Source: a bacterium
GTDB taxonomy: Bacteria > UBA8248 > JACPRG01 > G963555815
Length of the DNA: 64,000 nt
Assembly: GCA_965261595.1 (NCBI GenBank)
Contig: CBDHDG010000007.1
Span: forward strand, 96,001-160,000
Reading direction: 5' to 3'
In this document: in pieces, positions 1 through 9,023 of the stretch
Layout of the letters: the number at the start of each line of letters is the position of its first letter
Position numbering within the stretch: the first letter of the stretch is position 1
Notes under the pieces: generated by a model
Told to the model about the DNA's origin: nothing
Seen by the model: the letters and a program-made list of their open reading frames with translations, nothing else
Databases searched by the model: none
Program-made: the position numbers and the translations under genes

Positions 1-765
1 CGCGGCCCTGTGGGCCCGTGCACCGATGCGGAACTCCTCGGCCACATCCGGCAGGTCCTGGAGGACTCTCCCTTCCATGGCGAGGGCTACCGCAAGGTGT
101 GGGCGAGGCTGCGCTTCGCGGGCATCCGCACCAGCAAGGAGCGGGTGCGTCGCCTGATGCGGGAGGCGGGGCTTCAGGCCCCCCACCGGGTGGGCAAACC
201 CCGAGGTCCCAAGGCCCACAACGGGACCATCCGCACCGAGCGGCCCGACCGAATGTGGGGCACGGACATGACGACGACGGTGACCACCGAGGAGGGGGTG
301 GCCTCGGTGTTCGTGGCGGTGGATCACTGCTCGGTGGACTGCGTGGGGATCCATGCGGCCAAGAGCGGCAACCGCTTCGAGGCCCTGGAGCCGATCCGGC
401 AGGGGGTCGCCGAGCGCTTCGCCGGCTTGGAGGCGGATGTCGCCGAGGGGCTTAAAGTTCGTCACGACCACGGCCCCGCCTATCTGTCCGATGACTTTCA
501 GCGGGAGATCGCCTACCTGGGCATGACCAGTTCGCCCAGCTTCGTGCGGGCGCCCGAGGGAAATGGCTACTGTGAGTGGTTCATCCGCATCTTGAAGGAG
601 AATCTCCTGTGGGTGCGCTCTTTCGCCACCGTAGAGGAACTGCGGTGGGCGCTGCTTGAGTTCAAGAACCTGTACAACCATCATTGGATTCTCGAGGGCT
701 ACGGCTACCGAACGCCGGCCCAGGCAAGGCAGGAAAAACTCGCTCAAGTTGCGGAGGCCGCATGA
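1..765 (+). CDS. IS3-family transposase (OrfB, integrase core), 5' end outside window
   Basis: GYRKVWARL...RVRRLMRE HTH-like segment, W-x-T-D (WGTDMT), HDHG and NGYCE DDE-type motifs. Confidence 0.9.
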   Translation, partial: RGPVGPCTDAELLGHIRQVLEDSPFHGEGYRKVWARLRFAGIRTSKERVRRLMREAGLQAPHRVGKPRGPKAHNGTIRTERPDRMWGTDMTTTVTTEEGVASVFVAVDHCSVDCVGIHAAKSGNRFEALEPIRQGVAERFAGLEADVAEGLKVRHDHGPAYLSDDFQREIAYLGMTSSPSFVRAPEGNGYCEWFIRILKENLLWVRSFATVEELRWALLEFKNLYNHHWILEGYGYRTPAQARQEKLAQVAEAA

Positions 766-811
766 GGTCGAATACCCTCACCCGAGTGTCCAATAACCCA
801 GGGGCGGTCCA
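1..811 (+). mobile_element. IS3-family insertion sequence, right portion
   Basis: Transposase followed by TGTCCAATAACCCAGGGGCGGTCCA (787-811); the reverse complement TGGACCGCCCC.. resembles IS3-family terminal IRs, ending in CA. Confidence 0.75.
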
Positions 812-866
812 ACACACCGCCCCAGGATGAGACACCGGACTCTCATGTCAATACTCCCGTTCCTCT

Positions 867-950
867 GGTGAAGGGGTTGAAGGGTTATTCCTTAATCGCC
901 CTACGCGCGCGCGTGTGAAGTTATATGGAAAAACCGTTCACCCCTTCACC
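867..950. repeat. Imperfect ~24-bp inverted repeat built from TGAAGGG-like units; candidate replication origin of the satellite
   Basis: GGTGAAGGGGTTGAAGGGTTATTCC (867-891) vs GGAAAAACCGTTCACCCCTTCACC (927-950), with central ACGCGCGCGCGT palindrome, at the 3' end of the helicase gene. Confidence 0.6.
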
Positions 951-2204
951 CTGTTCACCCACAATCGCCACGGTGTAAACATTGCCGCGTTTCCCGTGAC
1001 GCTTCTCCACTCGGCGGCCCATCCAGATCCCCCATGCCGTCCGGCTCACGGCGCGGACGCCTTCGGCCTGGCACCAATCCTGATAGTCCTTGAAAAGAAA
1101 CCGCGATGGCGTTTCCGTAATTTCCGATCGCTCGCACCTGGCCTCGAACCAGCCGGTCAGGGTGTCGGTTGATTCAAAATAGGCCGCCGTTGCGTCCAGG
1201 ACAGCACGACAATCGCGCAGGCCGCCGGCAGCGTATGACATGGCCCCCTGCACGATCCACCGGAGCACGCCCGGCAATTCATCTGAGCGCAGCCGCGCCG
1301 GCAGCTTCGGGTCTGGCCTTTCGGGCTTCGCCTCAAACGGCCAAAGGCGCAGGCGGCGTCGCAGTGCATTGTCGACCATTCGCACGGAAGGCGGCTCGTT
1401 TGTGAGAATCCAGATGGTCGCTGCGGGCCTGAATTCGAAAAAATCTTGCCTCATGAACCGAGCCGGGAGAGTATCGCCGCCACTCAGGGCTTTGAGAGTT
1501 TCGCCCCTAAACGTGCCTCCCGTCACCTCCGGCGCGACGACATAGCGTTTGCCGAAAAGGCCGGCGATTCCGGTCGGATGCTGCTCGAATCTGGCATTGA
1601 GCACCGACGCAGGCAGGACGCCAGCGTAAGAGCCGAGGGCGGTGCTGATGGTATCGGCGCACGTAGTTTTGCCCGCACCGCCGTCGCCAGCCACGACATT
1701 CACACGGTGGTCCTCGTTGTGCCCACACGCCGACGCCCCCACCGCAACCTGAAGGGCGCGCGCCATCTTGTCATCACCGCCGCACCATTCCAACGCTAGT
1801 TTTTCCCAAAGTTCTGAAATTTCATCACCGAGGTCGCACCCTGTTGACATCGTGATCCAATCATCCAGTCGCTGTTCACGCTCTTCGCCCGTGGTGAGAT
1901 CAACAACCCTACCGCCCAGAAGGCCGAGGAGATTGGGGTTCGCGTCCCAGTCATCTTGGCGGAGGAGTTCGCCGGCCAGGCCTAGTGCGCCCCTGCAATG
2001 CGAAACCCGAAGCCATTGGGACCGAACCTTGGCCGAAATAGTAGCCTCAATGACGTTGGCCATGTCGTTGAGCGGAGCGCAGGATTCAGTCCAGCAACCG
2101 CGCTCCCACGCCATCCAGCGGCCCCGTTTCGGATGAAAGCGGCGGTTGTCTCTGTGAACGGCTACGAATTGTTGGGCGAAGCTGACGTGATGTGGTTTCA
2201 TCAC
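921..2204 (-). CDS. P4/D5-family phage/plasmid primase-helicase (D5_N + SF3 helicase)
   Basis: WDANPNLLG..GRVVDL D5_N motif, Walker A GDGGAGKTT, LKALSGGD..ARFMRQDFFEF, TNEPP, ALRRRL..PF. Confidence 0.9.
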   Translation of the reverse strand: MMKPHHVSFAQQFVAVHRDNRRFHPKRGRWMAWERGCWTESCAPLNDMANVIEATISAKVRSQWLRVSHCRGALGLAGELLRQDDWDANPNLLGLLGGRVVDLTTGEEREQRLDDWITMSTGCDLGDEISELWEKLALEWCGGDDKMARALQVAVGASACGHNEDHRVNVVAGDGGAGKTTCADTISTALGSYAGVLPASVLNARFEQHPTGIAGLFGKRYVVAPEVTGGTFRGETLKALSGGDTLPARFMRQDFFEFRPAATIWILTNEPPSVRMVDNALRRRLRLWPFEAKPERPDPKLPARLRSDELPGVLRWIVQGAMSYAAGGLRDCRAVLDATAAYFESTDTLTGWFEARCERSEITETPSRFLFKDYQDWCQAEGVRAVSRTAWGIWMGRRVEKRHGKRGNVYTVAIVGEQGEGVNGFSI

Positions 2205-2398
2205 GCTTCGCGCTTTTCGCCCGCCGCGCGGGGTCGGGAGTCGAGAAAATCCTTGACTTCAGATTCCCGCCACCGAACCGCCCTTTGGCCGACGCGAATT
2301 GGCTCAGGAAAATCAGCCTCGCGCATTAGCCGATAAATCGCCGAACGCGAGATTTTGCAGATTTCCTCAACTTCGTCGCGCTTAAGCATTTTGTACAT
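2201..2398 (-). CDS. alpA: AlpA-family transcriptional regulator/excisionase
   Basis: 65 aa; MLKRDEV...ISRSAIYRLM...FPEPIRVGQRAVRWRESEV is a typical AlpA pattern. Confidence 0.9.
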   Translation of the reverse strand: MYKMLKRDEVEEICKISRSAIYRLMREADFPEPIRVGQRAVRWRESEVKDFLDSRPRAAGEKREA

Positions 2399-2472
2399 CT
2401 TTTCGTTCCTCCGGGTTTCGGGTTTGCCTTCACTTTCCCTGAAGTTACTTCACCGATCCCGGATGTGTCATC

Positions 2473-3045
2473 CTAGCTTTTTGACCGCGTTGTGTAGGAC
2501 AAGAGCGGATCGTGCTTTCCCCAAATCCGCTCTGTGTTCTTGTAGGCTTTGAGCGTCGCCCCAAAGACCGCCCGGCCAACAACATCGCAAGCCGAACCGC
2601 CTTCGGCGCAGCATAGCTCCGGTCCGCCCCCGTTTCGTGTCGGCGGTAGGTCGTAGAGCGTACCGACATACTGGATGGCTCCGCAGATAATCCAATCCCG
2701 GTTGGCCTCCGGTGGACCCCCTTTTGTTGGCCGTGCCTGGCGCTTGTCTTTCCCTGGCCTTTGCTGGTCGTATAGCACGTCCGCGAGCCATTCCCGCAGT
2801 TCGGCCGGCAGGGGTTCCTTCGTTCGCAACAGATCCTCCGTAATAAGCTTCACCGCGTCCCATGCCATCTTGCTTTCGGCAGACTCGACTATCAGGTTGC
2901 GGAGAAAATCGTCGCGTCCATTCTTGGGTAGAACCTTTCGATAATGACGGGCATAGGTTTCCGCTCGGATCTCTCTTAATTCCGGCCTCGACAGGAACTG
3001 TTGACGTGTGACTGCTACCGCTCTTTCGAATGTCTTTTCATCCAT
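2473..3045 (-). CDS. Hypothetical protein (~190 aa) of the integrated element
   Basis: Likely start MDEKTFER at 3045 overlaps the integrase stop; ORF fills the gap to alpA. Confidence 0.7.
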   Translation of the reverse strand: MDEKTFERAVAVTRQQFLSRPELREIRAETYARHYRKVLPKNGRDDFLRNLIVESAESKMAWDAVKLITEDLLRTKEPLPAELREWLADVLYDQQRPGKDKRQARPTKGGPPEANRDWIICGAIQYVGTLYDLPPTRNGGGPELCCAEGGSACDVVGRAVFGATLKAYKNTERIWGKHDPLLSYTTRSKS

Positions 3046-4222
3046 GGAGCTTGACCACCTTCGCACCAGTGCCCCCGCACACGAACGCGCCCCACGATTC
3101 CATGAGCCGCGCCCGCTTCGCAAAAAGATCGGATCGTGCATATGAGCGCTCGACGGCACTCCCGACGGCATGAGCGAGAGACAATTCCATGACGGCGTGA
3201 TCGGCATTCGTCTTTTCGCTCGCCCACGTCCTGAATGCCGTCCTGAAGCCGTGGACAACCGTTTTCTCGGCAAGGCCCGTATCCCTCAAAACCTTCGTCA
3301 AGCTCATGTCCGAAAGCGGTTTGCCTTTTCGAACCGGAGACGGAAAAACCAACCCGCTCCCGTCATCGAGCGCCCGCGCCCGTTCGTGAACCTTTGCGGC
3401 CTCGTCAGACAAAGGCACTCGATGTTCCTTGCCGCCCTTCATGCGTTCGCCAGGGATCGTCCAGGTCCGCCCCTCGATGTCGATCTCTCCCCAGGTCGCG
3501 GCCCGGACCTCACCTGAACGCGCCGCCGTCAACACGAGAAACCGGAGCGCCAGTTTCGCGGCCATCGACGCCCGGCTCGCCTCGATGATTTCAAGTGCAT
3601 CTGGCACTTTGGCATAGGGAAGCGCCCGGAAGTGTTTCGCGCCGGTTGGCAAGGAGGGAAGGGCGGCGGATATGCCTTCGCCCGCCGGGTTGTGTTCAAT
3701 GAAACCGTGCGCCTGAGCCCAGGCCAACGTTGCGCGGATTCGCTGACGCAAGCGCCGCGCCCGCTCCGGGCGGCTTGTCCATATCGGCGTCAGGACGGAA
3801 AGCACGGCTTCCCGGTCGATCCGATCCACGGGCAGATCGCCCATGGCCGGGAAGGCGTACTTCTCCATCGACTGAATCCAGTTCTTGACATTCTTTTCGT
3901 TTTTCCATCTTGGGCGGTTCGCCTCAAAGGTCTTCTCCGCCGCCTCCCGGAATGTCGGAACCTTGGCCCGCCGCTTCGCGGCCAACGGATCGCCGCCGTC
4001 CCTTGCCAGCTTCCGATTGTCGAAAGCCTTCTCCCGAGCTTCGGCCAGCGAAGTCAGCGGGAAACCGCCCAAGCCGATATCCCGGCGTTTGCCGTTGACA
4101 ATAAGGCGTTGCACCCAGGACTTCGATCCACCGGGCGCAACGTACAAAAAAAGCGTGCCACCGTCAGAGTAGCGCCCCGGCTCCTTTATGGCCTTCACCT
4201 TTGCAGCATTGAGTCTGCCCAT
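3038..4222 (-). CDS. P4-like tyrosine integrase with arm-binding N-terminal domain
   Basis: PGRYSDGGTLFL.V...GSKSW arm-binding domain; catalytic R (TAARSGE), HGFR, LAH and Y (RSYAR); adjacent to tRNA 3' end. Confidence 0.95.
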   Translation of the reverse strand: MGRLNAAKVKAIKEPGRYSDGGTLFLYVAPGGSKSWVQRLIVNGKRRDIGLGGFPLTSLAEAREKAFDNRKLARDGGDPLAAKRRAKVPTFREAAEKTFEANRPRWKNEKNVKNWIQSMEKYAFPAMGDLPVDRIDREAVLSVLTPIWTSRPERARRLRQRIRATLAWAQAHGFIEHNPAGEGISAALPSLPTGAKHFRALPYAKVPDALEIIEASRASMAAKLALRFLVLTAARSGEVRAATWGEIDIEGRTWTIPGERMKGGKEHRVPLSDEAAKVHERARALDDGSGLVFPSPVRKGKPLSDMSLTKVLRDTGLAEKTVVHGFRTAFRTWASEKTNADHAVMELSLAHAVGSAVERSYARSDLFAKRARLMESWGAFVCGGTGAKVVKLHG

Positions 4223-4369
4223 GTCGCTTCTCCGTTTTCCCACAGTTTATCCCTCTTTAAATGTGGGAATATAGAGAAATGGGCGGGAAGTGTCAAGAAC
4301 AAAAAAGCCCGAAACCCCTTGTATTACTGGAGTTTCTGGCACTTACGGGAAGATATAAGAATGGATTCC

Positions 4370-4445
4370 TGGTGGAGCTGAGGGGGATCGAACCCCTGAC
4401 CTCATGACTGCCAGTCATGCGCTCTCCCAGCTGAGCTACAGCCCC
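4370..4445 (-). tRNA. tRNA-Ala (GGC)
   Basis: Minus strand GGGGCTGTAGCTCAGCTGGGAGAGCG CATGA CT GGC AG TCATG AGGTCAGGGGTTCGATCCCCCTCAGCTCCACCA; 76 nt with encoded CCA. Confidence 0.98.
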
Positions 4446-4793
4446 TTGAGACACCTGAATTTAGCATCCTCTCCCGGGCTTCGCAACGAAAAGAGCCGGT
4501 TCATCCTTCGTGCCGCGGGCGCTTGAGCAGGGCCGCGTTCCCACCCGCCCCGCCCGGTCCACACTTAGCGATGGCCCTGGGGAAGTTCGACCAAGCAGAT
4601 CCGGCGTCTCAAATATCTTGAGCCCGGACAACGCGTTGTCCGCTCAGATCCGGCCTGCTAACATGGGCGGCTCAAATCGGTCCCACAATCAGGAGACGAG
4701 GCCCGGAGAGGGCGAGCGAACAAAAGCCCCCCTCGCATACACGCCGGCGCCGTTCCCCCCGGGGGGGGGGATTCGGACGAGGAGAAGGAATCA

Positions 4794-5724
4794 ATGATTG
4801 CGTTGACCCGCTTGAGCCATTACGCGTTGCGCGTCGCGGACGTCGAGCGGTCTCTTTCATTCTATCTCAACGTTGTGGGAATCGACCTGACGGAGCGCCG
4901 TCCCGACGGGACGGCCTACCTGCGCCGCGGCCCCGATCATCACTGCCTGGCGCTCTATCCGCTGCACCACGCGCAATCCCATGACCCCGAGATGGCCGCC
5001 CGGCCGGCCCGGCCTGGACCACGCGTCCTTCGCCGTCCCCGGCCGCGAGGATGTGGACGGGGCCGCCCGGGCGCTGAAGGACGCCGGCGCCCGCGTGATC
5101 ACCGGCCCGGCCGAGCTGGACGAGCCGGGAAGCCCGTACGCCGTCCGGCTCGCCGACCCCGACGGGAACCGGATCGAGGTCTGCACGGACATGGCCGAGT
5201 GGATCGGCCCCGAGATCCCCCACGCGGCCAAACCCGTCAAACTGGGGCACCTCAACTTCCACGTCAAAGACCCCCGGAAGACACTGGGTTTTTACACCGA
5301 CGTCCTGGGGTTCCAGGTGTCGGATTGGATCGGTGACTTTTTCGTCTTTCTGCGCTGCAACCCAGACCACCACGCCTCCGCCCTCATTGAAGGCCCCGCC
5401 CCCAGCATGAACCACGCGGCCTTCGAAGTGGGGACGGTCGAGGACATGAAGAACGCGGCGGACATTTTGTGGAAGAACGGCGTCCAAACCCTCTGGGGCC
5501 TCGGGCGTCACGGCCCCGGCCACAACCTTTTCATTTACTACCCGGACCCCGATGGAAACGTAGTCGAGATATTCACCGAGCTCGACCGGATCTACGACGA
5601 CGGGAACTACAAGCCTCTGCGATGGGATCCGGAGGGGGCGGCGTGCGTGTGGACGCACCAGATCCCCGAAGCGTTCGTGGAGGCCACGCAGGCCGTCGGA
5701 AAATCCGCGAACGGAATGACGTGA
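4794..5724 (+). CDS. Two-domain VOC/glyoxalase protein, extradiol (catechol 2,3-) dioxygenase-like; frameshift near 5000
   Basis: LSHYALRV.D in the first frame, then LDHASF, DPDGNRIE, LGHLNF, HH, GRHGPGHNLFIYYPDPDGNVVE in the second frame. Confidence 0.8.
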
Positions 5725-6182
5725 AGGCCGCCCGACTGATGCGGAGAAGAAGACCAGCCGGTCCACGGGCAAAGAAAAAGTGGGACGCGAAGACCCAACG
5801 CCGTTGGGCGCGGGGAAAGAAAATGCTCTTCTCTACGCTGGACGCGCGTGGGAGGGCCAAAGGCGTGCCCGCCTGGTTCAACTTCCACGAGGGGGTGATG
5901 TACCTCGTCTCGATGAAGGATTCCGTGAAGGTGGCCAAAATCCGAAAAAACCCCCGCGTCCGCCTTCGGGTCCTGGAGGGGGGAGGAGGAGGGGAAAGGC
6001 CGCCGGGGGAGATGGACGCCGTCGCCGAGCCGGTCGAAGACGAGCGCTTGGCGTGGGCGCTGTTCCGCAAGAAAAACGAGAAGTACGATAAGTTTTACGG
6101 CGAAACAACACGGGAGAATTGACGCAAGCTGATGGCGGAGCGGATACTCATCGCCATCCGGCCGGTTGCAAAGGGTTCATGA
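5721..6182 (+). CDS. Pyridoxamine 5'-phosphate oxidase-like (split-barrel flavin/F420-binding) protein; in-frame TGA at 6120-6122
   Basis: FSTLDARG...VPAWF...KVAKIRKNPRVRL...KY; the same frame continues after the TGA into ERILIAIRP, a typical family C-terminal strand. Confidence 0.65.
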
Positions 6183-6275
6183 GCGGGGGGGAAGCAAGGG
6201 GGGGGGGATTTTACGCATTCGAGAATTGGGAAACCGGCCTCAAATGCCCGGCCAAGCGGTTAGACGCCACTCCTC

Positions 6276-8993
6276 TTAATCGTCCTCGTCTTCGTCGTCC
6301 TCGTCTTCGTCCTCCTCGTCCTCGTCTTCATCATCTTCGTCTTCGTCCTTATCTTCCTCCGAAGCCGTGATAACGCCTTTGGGAATCCCCTTCACTTCGC
6401 CCTTGCCCCCGTCAAAATTGAGCAGGTAGTCCCTCAGGGCGACAATTTGTTTCCGGGCGTTCCCCTTCCAGACGTTCTCGAGCGGGCTCTCACCGCCGCT
6501 GAAAAAGCTCGGCATGCGCGTCCCCGCCTGGATCTTCTGGGGATCCTTCAGCCATTCAAGAATCCAGTCCGGCCGCAAACGGTCTTGAGCCATCGCGAGG
6601 TCCGGCGCCAAGTCGGCGAGACTCTGTCCCGCTTTCACCACTTGCTGGTGACATTCCAGACACTGGAATTTCTGGAAGATGAATTTCCCGACGGCGGCTT
6701 TTCCTTCGGGACCGCCCCGCCGCTCGGCGGAGACGAACTGATAGGGGTCGGTGAATTGGTAAGGGGTCTTCAGGTCCAGTTTTTTGTCCTGGGCCATAAA
6801 GTACCGGACCAAGTCGGCGGCCTCCTCATCCGTTAACCCGAACTTGGGCATCCAGATCCCATCGTTCAGCGCGGGACGCAACGGAATGGGTTTCTTCAGG
6901 AAGCTGAACAGCCACTTGGGTTGAACCTTAGCGCCCTCTCCGGTGAGGATCGGGGGCGTGAGGGCCTTGTCCTTGTAATAACGCCGGACGAAGCCGCCTT
7001 TTCCTTCGATGACATGGCAACCCACGCAGTTGTACTTCTCGACGAGCCTTCGTCCGCGCTCCAGGGCCGCCTTCCGCGGAGAGAGCTTTCGGACAAACTT
7101 TCCAGACATCTCGTGCCCGTTCCACCGCCGCAGAAATGTCCGCAGGGCCTTGGTGTTTTTGTCGCTCAGGTAGAAATTAGGCATCCGGAGGTCAATCCGG
7201 TCGGTGCTGAAGATCCTGGGATTTTTCAGCTTGGCGAAGACCCAAGCCTCCCACTCTTCATGAATCTCCGTCACGTCCCCGAAATCCAGCTCGCCGGGCG
7301 ACTTGTTGGCAAACGTTGTCAGCTCGACGCTCAGTCGGCCGAGCTTGGCCGTCTTCTCGATGTCGTGGCACCCGTAGCACCCGTAGGTCTCCACCAAGCG
7401 GCGACCTTCTTTGATGACGGCCAGATCCTTCATTCGGGCGGCCAGCCGGACGTCGGGTCGCGCGGGTTTGCCCCGGGCGAGAAGGTAGGAGGCGATGGCC
7501 TGCGCCTCGGCATCGGGCAGCTTCAAGCTGGGCATGACTGTCCCGGGGTCATAGTGCCTGGGGTTTTTCAACCAGTTGACCACCCAGTCGGGTTTGACCT
7601 TCATGGCCACGCGGCTCAGGTCGGGCCCGTGCGTTCCTCCTTTGCCGTCGATGTTGTGACACGCGAGACAGCCCCGGGTCTCGAACAGTCTTTTTCCGCG
7701 CTTGACCGATTCCCGCCGGTTGGGACCGGGATTGAACTTGTAGGGTCCGGAAGGCGGCAATTTTTTCGATGCGTCGACCAGGTAAGCGGAGATCGCCGTG
7801 GCTTGCGCGCGCGTCAAGGCGAAGTACGGCATCCCCGTCTTGGGCAGGTACTTTCGGGGTTCGAGAATCCAGGGGACCATCCACTCGGGGCGGAACTTTT
7901 CCGACGCCTTGAGGAGGGTCGGACCGACTTTGGGGATGTTCTCGTAACCCTCGAGCAGATGGCAGCCGTGGCAGCCGAGCTCGAGGAACAGACGCTTGCC
8001 CTTGGAGACGACCGGCGCTTCGGGAATATCGAGCGTCCGGCTGTGGCATTTCAGGCAGTTCGTCTGGATCTCATCGCCCCGCAGGAGCGGGGCTTCCCAA
8101 AACTTCAGGTGCTTGCCCGTCTTCAGGTCGATGCCGTGGGCCTTCGTCAGGCTGTTCAGCGCCGGCCCCTGTCCGCCGTGACACAGGGTGCAACCGAATT
8201 TCCCGACCGGATGTTTGCCCAAGAGAAGGGATCGGTTCGGGTGGGTCTTGAAAGGTGCCGGGAATTTGTCGAATCCACGACGATCCACCCCCAAATGGCA
8301 AGTCTGGCAACGGTCGACGGTCAAAAGCGGCTGTTCAAAGTTGTTGATCTCGATACCTTTAAGGACGACCTGTTGGATGGCGGACACCCGGCCTTGAATC
8401 GTGGCCAGACGCCTCTTTGAGGCGTCCTCCCGGTTTCCCAGATTCGATTTTTCATCTTTCAGGTCGCTGAGGGACTTCTCAATCCCCGCAATCTCCTCGA
8501 GGATCTTCGCCTCTTGTCCCATGAGCCTGGATTCCCGCGTGCCGAGGACGTCGGCGCGGGCGTTGAGGGCGTCGAAATGGGCTTTTTCGGCGGTCGCCGC
8601 CTCTCCCTCGTGGATGGCATGCTTGTATTCGTAGTAGGCCTCGTCTCGCTCGCTCCGGATGAACTTGTTTTCCAGCGAGACTTTCTCAAGCTTTTGCCGG
8701 GTGGCGGCCAGCCGGTTCTTGGCGGCCGCGTACGTGGCATTGGAGGCCAGGTCTTCCTCGGCCTTCTGAATGGCGGCGGTCAGCTTCGCCAAGCCCCCCG
8801 AAACCTTCGCGGTCTCAGCCTTGAGCTCGTCCCGCACCCTCTCGCCTTCCAGCCGGTTGAACTCCGCTTGGTAGTCCTTCCAGGGACGGCGGCCCTTGAT
8901 CTCATCCCAGAGGGACCAGCCGATGCTCAGGACCAGCAGCATGCTGGTGACGAAGAAAAAAAGCGATTTCGAGGTTCGTTCTACGGGGGGCAT
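6276..8993 (-). CDS. Membrane-anchored multiheme cytochrome c (8 CxxCH), subunit of the Rieske/cytochrome b complex
   Basis: N-terminal TM helix, coiled coil, CQTCH, CTLCH, CLKCH, CHGCH, CLACH, CYGCH, CVGCH, CLECH, repeated W...P..MP motifs, acidic tail. Confidence 0.9.
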   Translation of the reverse strand: MPPVERTSKSLFFFVTSMLLVLSIGWSLWDEIKGRRPWKDYQAEFNRLEGERVRDELKAETAKVSGGLAKLTAAIQKAEEDLASNATYAAAKNRLAATRQKLEKVSLENKFIRSERDEAYYEYKHAIHEGEAATAEKAHFDALNARADVLGTRESRLMGQEAKILEEIAGIEKSLSDLKDEKSNLGNREDASKRRLATIQGRVSAIQQVVLKGIEINNFEQPLLTVDRCQTCHLGVDRRGFDKFPAPFKTHPNRSLLLGKHPVGKFGCTLCHGGQGPALNSLTKAHGIDLKTGKHLKFWEAPLLRGDEIQTNCLKCHSRTLDIPEAPVVSKGKRLFLELGCHGCHLLEGYENIPKVGPTLLKASEKFRPEWMVPWILEPRKYLPKTGMPYFALTRAQATAISAYLVDASKKLPPSGPYKFNPGPNRRESVKRGKRLFETRGCLACHNIDGKGGTHGPDLSRVAMKVKPDWVVNWLKNPRHYDPGTVMPSLKLPDAEAQAIASYLLARGKPARPDVRLAARMKDLAVIKEGRRLVETYGCYGCHDIEKTAKLGRLSVELTTFANKSPGELDFGDVTEIHEEWEAWVFAKLKNPRIFSTDRIDLRMPNFYLSDKNTKALRTFLRRWNGHEMSGKFVRKLSPRKAALERGRRLVEKYNCVGCHVIEGKGGFVRRYYKDKALTPPILTGEGAKVQPKWLFSFLKKPIPLRPALNDGIWMPKFGLTDEEAADLVRYFMAQDKKLDLKTPYQFTDPYQFVSAERRGGPEGKAAVGKFIFQKFQCLECHQQVVKAGQSLADLAPDLAMAQDRLRPDWILEWLKDPQKIQAGTRMPSFFSGGESPLENVWKGNARKQIVALRDYLLNFDGGKGEVKGIPKGVITASEEDKDEDEDDEDEDEEDEDEDDEDEDD

Positions 8994-9023
8994 CGATTCA
9001 CCGGATAGTCAACGGGGGGACAC

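Larger units (their letters stand above)
867..4370 (-). mobile_element. tRNA-Ala-integrated phage-satellite-like element (int-hyp-alpA-helicase); distal end not identified
   Basis: Gene set and order next to the tRNA 3' end; no second att copy seen in the window. Confidence 0.75.

Noticed and set aside
1..920. Second att site of the tRNA-Ala island
   Set aside because: No copy of the tRNA 3' end found by eye; the boundary is probably outside the window.
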